Position numbers and translations under genes: made by a program. The notes beneath the pieces were generated by a model. The model ran no database searches. It worked only from the letters and a program-made list of their open reading frames with translations, and was not told where the DNA came from. From Candidatus Marinacidobacterales bacterium (lineage in GTDB: Bacteria > Acidobacteriota > Vicinamibacteria > Marinacidobacterales > SMYC01), in the NCBI GenBank assembly GCA_965237955.1, contig OZ250169.1:1440001-1504000 (forward strand): a stretch of DNA of 64,000 nt, given 5' to 3'. Positions 51,569 to 61,077 of the stretch are shown here, one piece after another. Within the stretch, counting starts at the first letter, position 1, and each line of letters starts with the position of its first letter.

Positions 51569-52213
51569 CTCCGTAAACGCGATCAGCTCGCGGTGAAATT
51601 CATCAGGGCTATCCAGATAGCAGGGGTGGCTCGCGCCTCGGAGGATCACGCGCCGGCTATCGGTAATCGCGGCCGTTAGCACAACGGAGTCCTCGAGCGG
51701 AATGACCTGGTCGTTTTCACCCCACACGACCAACGTGGGGACACTGACCTTCCGGAGCGCCTTGACATTGGCGTCGATGCCGCCCGGCGCCACTGGGACG
51801 AAACCAAGAACCCGATCGGTAGCGCGGATCACGAGCGGGAAACTGAACGCACCGCTCATCGACGGAGACACCACGACCGCTTTGTCGATAGCAAGAGCAT
51901 CCATGATCGTGACCAGCAGCTCGTTTCGGTCGATGTCGACGGTCTGCGATCGCCCGAACCCGGGTAAGTCGAGAGCAACGACGTAGTATCCGGCGTCGGT
52001 GAGCTTGTCGATTGTGCCCAGCTTGCGCCACGTGTCCGAGCTGAACCGGGCCCCGTGCAGCAGCAACATCGTCGTACGGCCAGGCTCGCCCGCCTCGAGA
52101 TAGTGGAGCTTCTTGCCCGAGAGCACCAGCTCACGCTCGGCGGTCTCTGCGGATGCGCCCACGCTGCACTGTAAACCAAATACGACCACGGCGAGACATC
52201 CCAGTCTCTTCAT
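51551..52213 (-). CDS. ABHD14-like alpha/beta hydrolase
   Basis: LLHGARFSS, DLPGFG, VVSPSMSG and HPCYLD motifs. Confidence 0.85.
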   Translation of the reverse strand: MKRLGCLAVVVFGLQCSVGASAETAERELVLSGKKLHYLEAGEPGRTTMLLLHGARFSSDTWRKLGTIDKLTDAGYYVVALDLPGFGRSQTVDIDRNELLVTIMDALAIDKAVVVSPSMSGAFSFPLVIRATDRVLGFVPVAPGGIDANVKALRKVSVPTLVVWGENDQVIPLEDSVVLTAAITDSRRVILRGASHPCYLDSPDEFHRELIAFTESLPAR

Positions 52214-52277
52214 GGTGAAACTCTAACACAGCATCGTCCACGGGTCGCTCCCTCACCCGCTGCAGTAAACTTGAAGC

Positions 52278-53534
52278 ATGCGTTGGGCGATTGCGTTTTG
52301 GTGCACGCTTTCCATCGCTACATTCGCGCGCGGTGAGACGCACGAAGTGCGAACGCCTCATTTCACCGTTGTTACCGATGCAGGCCTTGACGTGGGCAAA
52401 GCCGTCGCCGCAAGGCTCGAGAGCATCCGCGTGCTTCTCGAAGAGGCGTTCCCAACGGAAAATCGCAGAGGTATCGCGACCACGTCGTCGTGCATGCGGT
52501 CTCGGACGAGCAGGCAATGGCGCGTCTACTGCCCGCCATGTAGGAGGACGAGAACGTCCGCAAGCCGGACGGGCTCTTCTGGGAAGGACCTGACAAGGAC
52601 TACATCGTGGTTCGACTCGATGCTCCCAGTGAGGGGCCCTACGCCACCGTGTACCACGAGTACTTTCACGTCTTCGCGCGCGCCCGCTTCGGACGGCTTC
52701 CGCTGTGGCTCGACGAAGGTCTCGCCAAGTTTTGGGAAATGACGTCGACCGACTCGGGTCGGGTACGCATTGGCGTGCCTAGCCGGCGGAACTTGAAGAT
52801 CCTCGACGACGAGCCGTCGTTGCCGCTGCCGATCCTCTTCGCTGTCGACCACGGCTCGCCCCACTATGAAGATACCGAGCAGTCCGCCGTTTTCTACGCG
52901 CAGTCCTGGGCGCTCGTGCACTTTCTACTGTTGGGGGACGACACCGGGGAACGTCGTCGCCAGCTTCTCCAATACGCGCGCGCGTCGAGGGACTACTTAG
53001 AACATCCGTTCGGCGATCTCGAAGCTTTGGCCCAAAGCGTGAACGCTTACACGCGGAGGCGCCGGTTCGCCGGCATCGAGCGTCCCGCGCCCGACACCAT
53101 CCCCGAGAACGAGCTTCGAACGCGATTGCTGAGTGAAGCCGAGGCATTGGCGGTTCGAGGCGAGTTCCTCGTCCACGGCGAAACACCCCAACGAGCGCGT
53201 CCCGTCCTCGAACGAGCGCTCGCGCTCGACCCGGAGCTCGCGGTGGCCCACGAAGGTCTCGGTTTTCTCTTGCTCCGAGACGGTTGCACCCAGGAGGCCC
53301 TCGACGCATTCGCGCGTGCCGCCGAGCTCGATTCTTCGAGCTTTCTTGCACACTACTACCACGCGATCGCGAGTCTTCGCGCCCGCGCATCTTTTCGTCG
53401 CCACCTCAGTGGCCGAGCTCCCATTTGAGTACGACGACTACGAGCGTGGCGCGACGGCTCTCCTGAAGGCTGGAAACGAGTCCGAAGCCACAGAGCACTT
53501 CCGCACCGCCGAAAAGCTCGGCTACGAACCGTAA
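52278..53534 (+). pseudogene. DUF1570/zincin (HExxH) + TPR protein, disrupted
   Basis: HEYFH, WLDEGLA, FYAQSWALVH and TPRs; frameshift near 52465, in-frame TAG at 52541-52543, further frame change near 53380. Confidence 0.7.
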
Positions 53535-53616
53535 CCCGCGGTCCGGCTCTTTTTTTCATCCCCGCAGGGAGGTTTTCCCCACCAATTCTCGTCTTCAAGA
53601 AGAACAAGGAGGCGAA

Positions 53617-54741
53617 ATGCCAATGCTCAATCCCTTTAGCCACGTCAATCTCGTGCCGAACGAGGAGCTCAAACAGTTCCTTTTGCACGACGACATCATG
53701 GTACGCGAGAGCGTCGCGTTCTATCTGTTCGAATCGTGGTCGCCCGACGACGCTCTCATCCCGCTCGTGCTCGAAGGGTGCCGCCGCTATGGTGAAGAAT
53801 CCTCGTTCGCCATACTCGGGTTCGCCCGCCGGTTCCGCTTCAGCACCGGGGCGCTCCTCGACGCGGTGCAAGAGCTCGAACGCTCACAACCACCTCACGT
53901 GGAGGAGTGGCTCGGCCGCGCACCGCTCGGGCTGATCCAAAGTCACGAAGATCTGCTGCGAACCGTCCTGTCGTTGAACACGATGGCGCGCATCGAGCGC
54001 CGGCGAGCGTTTGCGGGTATGTCTACGACCGAGCTCTGGCGTCGGTTGACGGCTACCGCGCACCGCTTCGATGCGCAGGGCTCGGACCGCGAGGAGCAGC
54101 ACGAGCTCGAGGACGTGAAGGAAGCACTTGCGACCCGCGAGACGCAACCGGCGGTCCTGGAGAAAGTGCGGGAGCTCGATCAGCTTCCGGGACATTGCTT
54201 GAAAACGTGCCTCATCGAGTTGGCCGGCGCGATGAGGCTTCACGAGCTCACGCGTGTTCTCGTGGAGCGTCTCGGCGATCCCGACGACGACGAACTGGCG
54301 GAAGCCGCGGCGGCATCGTTGGCCCGTCTGGGCGCTCCCAGCGTCGTCCGACAGATCCGCGAGCAGTATCCGGACAGGCCCTGGGATTTTCGTCTATTCG
54401 CCCTGGGCGCGCTCCAGGCGATCAAAACCGAGAGCGCCGAGACGACACTGCGCGCTCTCCTCGAGATCGAAGACGACCCCGCGCTCCGGGGACGCATGTT
54501 CGACGCCTTGCGATTTCATTTCACCCAAGAAGCGGCGGCACGGATGCGCGAAGAGATCCGGGAGCGTAGCTCATGGATGCTCGACGACGAGCTCAAAAAA
54601 GCCCTCTACGTGAACGCGGTGATCCTCGGACGCGACGACCCGGAAGCCGAAGCCTGGGTGTTTGACGACGACGATGTCGCTGAGGACGGCATCCTGTTTC
54701 ACATCCCGGTGATGGATTTTGACGAAGGGCCCCTCGAGTAA
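53617..54741 (+). CDS. HEAT-repeat-containing hypothetical protein
   Basis: AAGGAGG RBS; helical repeats such as LGDPDDDELAEAAAASLARLG. Confidence 0.65.
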   Translation: MPMLNPFSHVNLVPNEELKQFLLHDDIMVRESVAFYLFESWSPDDALIPLVLEGCRRYGEESSFAILGFARRFRFSTGALLDAVQELERSQPPHVEEWLGRAPLGLIQSHEDLLRTVLSLNTMARIERRRAFAGMSTTELWRRLTATAHRFDAQGSDREEQHELEDVKEALATRETQPAVLEKVRELDQLPGHCLKTCLIELAGAMRLHELTRVLVERLGDPDDDELAEAAAASLARLGAPSVVRQIREQYPDRPWDFRLFALGALQAIKTESAETTLRALLEIEDDPALRGRMFDALRFHFTQEAAARMREEIRERSSWMLDDELKKALYVNAVILGRDDPEAEAWVFDDDDVAEDGILFHIPVMDFDEGPLE

Positions 54742-54763
54742 CTGCGCCATATAATGTCCCTCT

Positions 54764-57151
54764 GTGAAAAAGCGTCTCCGTGTGAGTGTTCGTGGGCTGG
54801 TGGAGCATTGTCTCCGCTCGGGAGACCTCAACCTCGAATCGTGGGGACCGTCCTCGTCGTCCTCTTTAGGCGACGCCATCCGTGCCCACCAGAAAGTACA
54901 GAGCTCGCGCGGCGAGGGTTATCGCAAGGAAGTCACCCTCTCGCATGTCGTCGAGAACGACCACTTCGCCCTCGAGATCGGCGGCCGCATCGATGGCGTC
55001 CTGACGAGAGACACCGGCGTCATCATCGAAGAGATCAAGACAACGGCCGGCGATCTCGATGCCCGCGCGGCCCGGCCCGTTAGCTTCGGCTTCGCTCCGA
55101 CGCACTGGGGCCAGCTTCAGGTCTACGCCTATATCTACGCGCTCCAAAACGATCTCGAGGAAGTCGAGGGACGACTCACCTACTACCAACTGGAGAGCGG
55201 ACGCACTCGCGAACTGGAGCGGCATTTCACCATCGCGGTCCTTCGCGAGATGTTCGACGAGCTCGTCGAACAATACCTCCGTTGGGCGAAACGTATCGAG
55301 GACTGGCTCTCCGAAAGAAACGACACGATTACTTCGACGGAGTTTCCGTTCCCGGCCTATCGTCCCGGCCAACGGGAAATGGCGGTTCAGGTCTACCGCG
55401 CGATCCAGGAAGAGGGCCGGCTTCTCGTGCGCGCGCCCACCGGTATCGGCAAGACCCAAGCTACGATCTTTCCTAGTATCAAGGCGCTCGGCGAACGTCG
55501 AATCGAGAAAATCTTCTACCTCACGGCGAGGACGACCGGCCGCGCGCTCGCGGAACAAGCGGTGCGCGAGCTTCGCATAAGCAACGGGTGCGGGCTTCGA
55601 CTCAAGTCGGTGACTCTCACGGCGAAAGACAAGATCTGCTTCAACCCTGACAAAGCCTGTAACGGCGACGAGTGCGAGTTCGCGCGCGGCTTCTATGATC
55701 GCATCGACGCCGCGGTCGAAGAGCTCTTCACACAGGACGACTTCTGCCGTGAGAGCATCGAGACCGTCGCCCACACGCATCGAGTCTGCCCGTTCGAGCT
55801 GTCGCTCGAGCTCGCCCTTTGGGCGGATCTCATTGTGTGCGACTACAACTACGTTTTCGACCCACGTGCGTATCTCCGCCGGTTCTTTGCCGACAACGGA
55901 GGTTCGTATGCGTTCCTCATCGACGAGTCACATAACCTCGTCGACCGCGCGCGAGAGATGTACTCGGCCGAGCTTCGAAAGCGGGACGTGCTCGCCCTGC
56001 GCCGACTCGTCGACAGGGGCCGCCATCGCGCGCTCCATGGAAGCTTGAACGCCATCAACCGTGCATTTCTCGACGCGCGCGAGCGATGCGACAGCCCGAG
56101 AGCCGACGCCGAAGCGCCCGAACCACTCTATGCGCCGCTCAAAACCTTCGTGCGCCAAGCGGAGAGCTTCCTCGCGGCTGGCCTCGAACGCGGCCATCCC
56201 GTGCATCAGGTACTGCTCGACCTCTACTTCGACGTATCACGATTTCTTCGTGTCGCCGAACGCTTCGACGAGCGCTACGTCACGTGTTACCAGGCAGTTG
56301 GTCGTGACGTCCGCGTGAAGCTCTTCTGCACCGACCCGTCGAAGGAGCTGGCCGAATCGCTCGACAAAGCGAAATCATCGGTGTTCTTTTCCGCCACCCT
56401 CACGCCGATGAACTATTTCCGAACGGCGCTCGGTTGTGGCGCGGACGCCGCCTCGTACGTCCTTCCTTCGCCGTTTCCAGCGGAGCACCTTCGAGTCCTC
56501 GTGAACGATCGGATCGCCACGACGTACAAGAAACGCGGCCAGACGCGCGTCGCGCTCACGCGGCTTCTCACGACGTTCGTCGAGCAGAAGCAGGGAAACT
56601 ACTTGCTGTACTTTCCTTCGTACGAATACATGAGCGCGGTCGTCCAAGAGTTCGAGGAGCTCGCAGCTGACGTCGAGACGCTGGTACAACGCCCGGACAT
56701 GAACGAAACGGAACGCGGCGCGTTTCTCGAGCGATTCTCCGACGACAACACCGACACGCTCGTCGGCTTCGCGGTCATGGGTGGGTTCTTCGGCGAAGGC
56801 ATCGACCTCGTGGGCGAGCGTCTCACCGGCGCCGCAATCGTGGGGGTCGGCCTTCCCAGCCTTTCACCCGAGCGCGATCAGATCCGCGACCATTTCGACC
56901 GCACCGCCGGCAGCGGGTTCGACTACGCCTACGTGTTTCCCGGGATGAACCGTGTGCTCCAGGCAGCGGGACGCGTCATCCGCTCCGAGTCGGATCGCGG
57001 CACGATACTGCTCGTCGACGAGCGATTCGCCCAGGCTCGCTATCGCAGCCTCCTTCCGGCCGAGTGGCAACCCGTCTCTGTCGCCAGCGAGCTCGAGTTG
57101 AGGGAGACTCTGACCACGTTTTGGTCGCGGAACGTCGGGGCTTCGGTATAA
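54764..57151 (+). CDS. Rad3/XPD-family Fe-S helicase with N-terminal PD-(D/E)XK nuclease-like domain
   Basis: GRIDG...EEIKT..QL.VY, APTGIGKT, four-Cys cluster (KIC..C....C...CPFE), DESHN, SAT and QAAGRVIR motifs. Confidence 0.92.
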   Translation: MKKRLRVSVRGLVEHCLRSGDLNLESWGPSSSSSLGDAIRAHQKVQSSRGEGYRKEVTLSHVVENDHFALEIGGRIDGVLTRDTGVIIEEIKTTAGDLDARAARPVSFGFAPTHWGQLQVYAYIYALQNDLEEVEGRLTYYQLESGRTRELERHFTIAVLREMFDELVEQYLRWAKRIEDWLSERNDTITSTEFPFPAYRPGQREMAVQVYRAIQEEGRLLVRAPTGIGKTQATIFPSIKALGERRIEKIFYLTARTTGRALAEQAVRELRISNGCGLRLKSVTLTAKDKICFNPDKACNGDECEFARGFYDRIDAAVEELFTQDDFCRESIETVAHTHRVCPFELSLELALWADLIVCDYNYVFDPRAYLRRFFADNGGSYAFLIDESHNLVDRAREMYSAELRKRDVLALRRLVDRGRHRALHGSLNAINRAFLDARERCDSPRADAEAPEPLYAPLKTFVRQAESFLAAGLERGHPVHQVLLDLYFDVSRFLRVAERFDERYVTCYQAVGRDVRVKLFCTDPSKELAESLDKAKSSVFFSATLTPMNYFRTALGCGADAASYVLPSPFPAEHLRVLVNDRIATTYKKRGQTRVALTRLLTTFVEQKQGNYLLYFPSYEYMSAVVQEFEELAADVETLVQRPDMNETERGAFLERFSDDNTDTLVGFAVMGGFFGEGIDLVGERLTGAAIVGVGLPSLSPERDQIRDHFDRTAGSGFDYAYVFPGMNRVLQAAGRVIRSESDRGTILLVDERFAQARYRSLLPAEWQPVSVASELELRETLTTFWSRNVGASV

Positions 57152-57158
57152 TGTTCAC

Positions 57159-58805
57159 CTGATAACCACCTTACTGGCGGAGCTCGATGTCCTCGCGCTC
57201 GACTGCCAGGCGACGGCACCCAACTCCGCCGACGGGCATCTTCTGGAGATCGGCTGGAGCGACGTCCGCGCATCGGAGCCGTCATCACCGATCGAGGCGG
57301 AGCTCTTCCAACTCCCGGAAGGGGCCGACCTTCCGAGGCGCGTCAGCCGCGTCACCGGCCTGGACGAGGCTGCGCTCGCCGCCGGGCTCACCCCGGAGAA
57401 GGAGTGGCCTTCGGTCGTGAAAACAGCGCGATCGATCGCGGAGCGAAACCGACAACCACGCTGCACGACCGTCATCCACTTCTCTCGATTCGAAGAGCCG
57501 TACCTCCGCTGGTTAGAGGAACACGTAGGTGCGTCGTTTCCTCTCGGCATCGTGTGCACCCACGAGATCGTGCGGAGACTTCTTCCCGCACTTCCCCGCC
57601 GCGGCCTGAGAGCTGTCGCCGGCTATTTCGGGCACTCCGTGTCCGAGCTCAGGCGCGCCTCGCAACACGTCTCGGCCACGGCCGCCGTGTGGCGCGCTTC
57701 GGTTTTGCTCCTCGAGCAGAAAGCGGGTGTTCGCACGCTCGATGAGCTCGACGCGTGGCTCCAGGGACCGCGGTCTCGAGCGAAGCCAACGCGCGCGTAC
57801 CCGATGAGCTCAACGAAGCTCCGCGGCCTCCCGAACCGACCCGGCGTTTACCGCATGCTCCGCGGAAACGGTGACATCCTCTACGTCGGGAAAGCCACGT
57901 CGCTGAGACAGCGCGTCAGCAGCTACTTTCAAACGCGCGCGCCCCACGCCGAGCACATTCTCGAAATGCTCACCCAGGCACGCGACCTCGAGCTGACCGT
58001 GACGGGCTCCGCGCTCGAAGCAGCATTGGAAGAAGTCGATGAGATCAAGAAACTCTCACCGCCTTACAACAAAGCGCTTCGCGCCGGCGAGCGCTCGATC
58101 GTGTTCGCGACACCCGCGCTCGATCATGTTTCCGACACGCCCGAGGGCGAGCACCGGCTTGGGCCACTCGCCGGTAGCGATATATGGAAAGCGGTCGCAC
58201 TGCTCAGGCAGAACAACCTCGACACGACGCCTTCGGACGTGTTGGTCGTACCCGAGTCGTACGCGCCGGAGGAGTCGACATTCAGGTCGGGCTTCGAGCG
58301 TTTCCGCTCCGAGCTAGGGACGACGTCACTACTCGCGCACGGAGCACGGTTGTGGCGCGAGAGCCTCGAAGACGACGTGGAAGAAGAATTCCAGCTCGAG
58401 ATGCAATACGACGTCGGTGCCGAGCGGTGGACTCCCGAGGGCGTCAAAAAACACCTGCATGACGTCGTGAAACGCGCCGCGCATCTAGTTCGCCGGGGAC
58501 ATTGGCTTTGTCTTTTGAGCGAGTCCACACTCGTTTGGGACGAGCCCGGTGAGGGTGAAATCGCACTCGTGATCGAGGAAGGACGGATTCGCTCACGTCA
58601 CGACCGCTTCACCGCACAGGCGGCCACTTACAGGACATTCGACGAACGCCGCCGCTCGTTCGACCTCGACACCTACGATCGCTTGACGGTTCTCACCAAG
58701 GAGATTCGCCGCCTCGTCAGCCAAGATCGACCGCTACATCTCCACGTCGGTCCGTCGGCAACACTCACGAACGACCAGCTACGAGCACGACTGCGATGGA
58801 TCTGA
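57159..58805 (+). CDS. DEDD-exonuclease-like + GIY-YIG (UvrC/Cho-like) nuclease
   Basis: Frame open from 57114; LDCQAT...LLEIGW N-domain; PGVYRM...LYVGKATSLRQRVSSYF...PPYN. Start codon uncertain. Confidence 0.8.
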   Translation: MITTLLAELDVLALDCQATAPNSADGHLLEIGWSDVRASEPSSPIEAELFQLPEGADLPRRVSRVTGLDEAALAAGLTPEKEWPSVVKTARSIAERNRQPRCTTVIHFSRFEEPYLRWLEEHVGASFPLGIVCTHEIVRRLLPALPRRGLRAVAGYFGHSVSELRRASQHVSATAAVWRASVLLLEQKAGVRTLDELDAWLQGPRSRAKPTRAYPMSSTKLRGLPNRPGVYRMLRGNGDILYVGKATSLRQRVSSYFQTRAPHAEHILEMLTQARDLELTVTGSALEAALEEVDEIKKLSPPYNKALRAGERSIVFATPALDHVSDTPEGEHRLGPLAGSDIWKAVALLRQNNLDTTPSDVLVVPESYAPEESTFRSGFERFRSELGTTSLLAHGARLWRESLEDDVEEEFQLEMQYDVGAERWTPEGVKKHLHDVVKRAAHLVRRGHWLCLLSESTLVWDEPGEGEIALVIEEGRIRSRHDRFTAQAATYRTFDERRRSFDLDTYDRLTVLTKEIRRLVSQDRPLHLHVGPSATLTNDQLRARLRWI

Positions 58806-58927
58806 CCCGCGTCCTCTTCGTCTCCGATACGCATCTCGGATTCGATCTTCCGCGAAGGCCTCGCGTCGAGCGACGCCGACGAGGGCCGGACTTCTTCGAG
58901 AACTTCGAACGAGCTCTCGAGCCCGCG
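58796..58927 (+). pseudogene. SbcD/Mre11-like metallophosphoesterase 5' fragment
   Basis: VLFVSDTHLG...DFFENFERALEPA, then the similarity is lost. Confidence 0.7.
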
Positions 58928-59074
58928 CACGACGACCACCCAGCCCGGGTGAAGGGTCTCTCCGTCGAAAACGTGAGACGACTCGATGGCGTAGACATCT
59001 TCCGCGTGCGAGCGCGACGGAGCAACGAGGACCACAAAGGATGCGATCAACATCATGAACAGCGCCTTTTTCAT
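58922..59074 (-). pseudogene. Secreted amidohydrolase-like protein 5' fragment
   Basis: GAGGAG RBS, signal peptide, VFDGETLHPGWVVVVRG, then it reads into the antisense of the SbcD-like fragment. Confidence 0.6.
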
Positions 59075-59131
59075 ACGAACGTCTCCTCGACGACGGATGT
59101 TACAATGTGAACGATCCGAGACAAACAAACA

Positions 59132-59887
59132 ATGAGCGAGAAAGAGCAAACCTCCACCGAGGAGCCGTTCTTACTGACGATCCTTCCGTTCGTCGGCCTG
59201 GGGTTATTGCTGGTACTCGCCGTCGTTTGGCGCGTGCTTCCTGGTCGGGCGGAAGAGCCTGGTGAGGGTCCGTCGACTGCGTCGCCCGAAGAGATTGCCG
59301 CGACGGTGATCGCTCGCTGGGAACAAGCGCCTACGCGTGACATCCCGATCGAAGCGGGCCGCGACTTCATCCTTGGACCCGAAGACGCTCGGGTCACGCT
59401 CGTGGAGTTCAGCGATTTCGAGTGTCCCTATTGTCGTAACGCCGCGAACGGTGTTCACGACATCATGGAGAAATTTGACGGTGACGTTCGCCTCGTGTTC
59501 AAGAACTTTCCTCTCGACGTCGCCTGTAACCAACAGATGAAGGAGCCGATGCACCGTCTCGCGTGCAAGGCGGCAACGCTCGCGTGGTGTGCGGGCCGCC
59601 AAGATGAAGGGCTGTTCTGGAAAACCCACGACGCGCTCTTTCGCGAACCGCAACTGACGGCGGACACATTGAACCGCATCCCGAAGGATATCGGCGTCAA
59701 TCGAGAAGAGCTCGACGCCTGCATGGACGCGCCCGCATCGACCGCGGCCGTGCAAGAAGACATCACGCTAGGACGACGCGTTGGCGTTTCCGGAACCCCA
59801 ATCTTCTTCGCGAACGGCCGCAGGGTCTCCGACTACCGGCGCGCCCCTCTCGAAGCCGTGGTCGAGCACATTCTGTCCGAGAATTAG
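59132..59887 (+). CDS. DsbA-family thiol-disulfide oxidoreductase
   Basis: EFSDFECPYC, FKNFPL and GTP motifs; N-terminal TM helix. Confidence 0.9.
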   Translation: MSEKEQTSTEEPFLLTILPFVGLGLLLVLAVVWRVLPGRAEEPGEGPSTASPEEIAATVIARWEQAPTRDIPIEAGRDFILGPEDARVTLVEFSDFECPYCRNAANGVHDIMEKFDGDVRLVFKNFPLDVACNQQMKEPMHRLACKAATLAWCAGRQDEGLFWKTHDALFREPQLTADTLNRIPKDIGVNREELDACMDAPASTAAVQEDITLGRRVGVSGTPIFFANGRRVSDYRRAPLEAVVEHILSEN

Positions 59888-59896
59888 AAGCCCGAC

Positions 59897-60031
59897 TCAA
59901 ACGCCGACCTTCGAGTAGAACCGGATGCTCGGCCGACCTTCGAGGAGAGCCGCAAGCTGGCCGAGCACTCCTGTCTCATCGCGCCACGCCAAGTACTTGT
60001 CATAGTGCGCACGCGATTCCCACTCACCGAC
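59897..60031 (-). pseudogene. Antibiotic-biosynthesis-monooxygenase (ABM) domain C-terminal remnant
   Basis: Manual translation EWESRAHYDKYLAWRDETGVL...PSIRFY*. Confidence 0.6.
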
Positions 60032-60114
60032 ATATCTCTACCCTCCCTAAATGCGCCTGGTCTAACCTGAGACTCGACGTCGGTGACATCAGGTTCGCAC
60101 GGCGCGCCGTGATC

Positions 60115-60555
60115 TCAGAGAATCGAATCCGGCGCCGTCTCGAACGGATTGACGACCATCAGCCCATCGAGATCTTGACCGTCCTGCAAATCCTCGGTCA
60201 GCAGGAAAGTGCTGCGGGATTGCCGCGCCGCGGAGACGATCAGCGAATCCCAAAAGGAGAAGCCGTACCGGTCCTGGACCGTCCAGGCTCCCTCGAGAAC
60301 CATCGAGTCGAGTGCGATCGGCCTCCAAGTCACGAGCGAGCGCACGTCAGCGCGGGCGAGTCGCTTCGTCAGACCAGGGTCGAGCTTCTGGGTAACGATC
60401 GAGTAGTACTCGTGAAGCACTAGGTAGCTCAAGCGGCCGGCGCGGCTGTTCCAAAGGTCCATGACCCAGCGCCAAGCTTTCCGATGTTTGTCGCCCTCGC
60501 TCGGATCGCGCGCGTAGACCAAGACGTTTGAGTCAACGAAGATGGTCTCGGTCAT
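60115..60555 (-). CDS. vapC: PIN-domain toxin (VapC-like)
   Basis: FVDSNVLVYA, VLHE, SFWDSLI and LLTEDLQ motifs. Confidence 0.9.
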   Translation of the reverse strand: MTETIFVDSNVLVYARDPSEGDKHRKAWRWVMDLWNSRAGRLSYLVLHEYYSIVTQKLDPGLTKRLARADVRSLVTWRPIALDSMVLEGAWTVQDRYGFSFWDSLIVSAARQSRSTFLLTEDLQDGQDLDGLMVVNPFETAPDSIL

Positions 60556-60775
60556 GGAGCTCCTCCCGCGTGGGATACTTGGCGTCGGGCTTTTTCAAGG
60601 GAGTCGGCTTCACGGACAAGTAGCTTTCCCGCGCAATCTCGTAGCTTCGCTCCTCTTCCATCAGGCGCCGCAGCATCTCGCCGACGAGGCGGGACACGCT
60701 AGTGTCCTCCTCCGCGGCACGAATGCGCGTCCAACGCGCCACGTCCTCTTCGAGTGTGATGGTGACGTTTTTCAT
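60533..60775 (-). CDS. RHH/CopG-like antitoxin
   Basis: MKNVTITL...TSVSRLV...TREELHDR; overlaps the toxin start. Confidence 0.85.
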   Translation of the reverse strand: MKNVTITLEEDVARWTRIRAAEEDTSVSRLVGEMLRRLMEEERSYEIARESYLSVKPTPLKKPDAKYPTREELHDRDHLR

Positions 60776-60781
60776 AACACT

Positions 60782-60810
60782 ATTATTGTGTAGCACGAAG
60801 TTCGTGTCAA
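60782..60810 (-). promoter_or_regulatory. Toxin-antitoxin promoter with operator palindrome
   Basis: TTGACA-17-AATAAT, 6 nt before ATG; CACGAA-n-TTCGTG at 60794-60806. Confidence 0.72.
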
Positions 60811-60847
60811 TAAAGGCCCGAGAAATCGGGTATACTCCCAAAACAAC

Positions 60848-61071
60848 GTGACTAACCCCTCACCCATCGCCGGACGGGTTATCGGGACCGAGGATGATAC
60901 GCTCCTCGAGCTCTGGGTGGCCGTCGCCGAGGGTCAGTTCCTCCAGCTCGATGGTGTCGTCACTCTCGCGCGTGAGCTTCCGAGCGGCGAGACGGTCATC
61001 ATCTTATGAGTTGGTGCGTCGACGCCCGCGCCGGATCCGAAGGGTCGGATCCTTTCGACGGGCTACCATAG
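60848..61071 (+). pseudogene. HerA-like ATPase remnant (N-terminus and extreme C-terminus only)
   Basis: GRVIGTED..LELWVAV..GQFLQLD.VV N-terminus and DPFDGLP* tail directly upstream of sbcD. Confidence 0.55.
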
Positions 61072-61077
61072 GAGCGC

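Noticed and set aside
10193-52543. Stop-codon reassignment or pyrrolysine readthrough
   Set aside because: The internal stops are mixed TAG and TAA at positions implying different residues, and many intact genes end in TAG or TAA.
60059-60100. attC-like site downstream of vapC (GTCTAAC...CAGGTT; GTTAGAC on the minus strand)
   Set aside because: Only about 40 bp, shorter than typical attC sites, with one non-consensus end and no integron integrase in the window.
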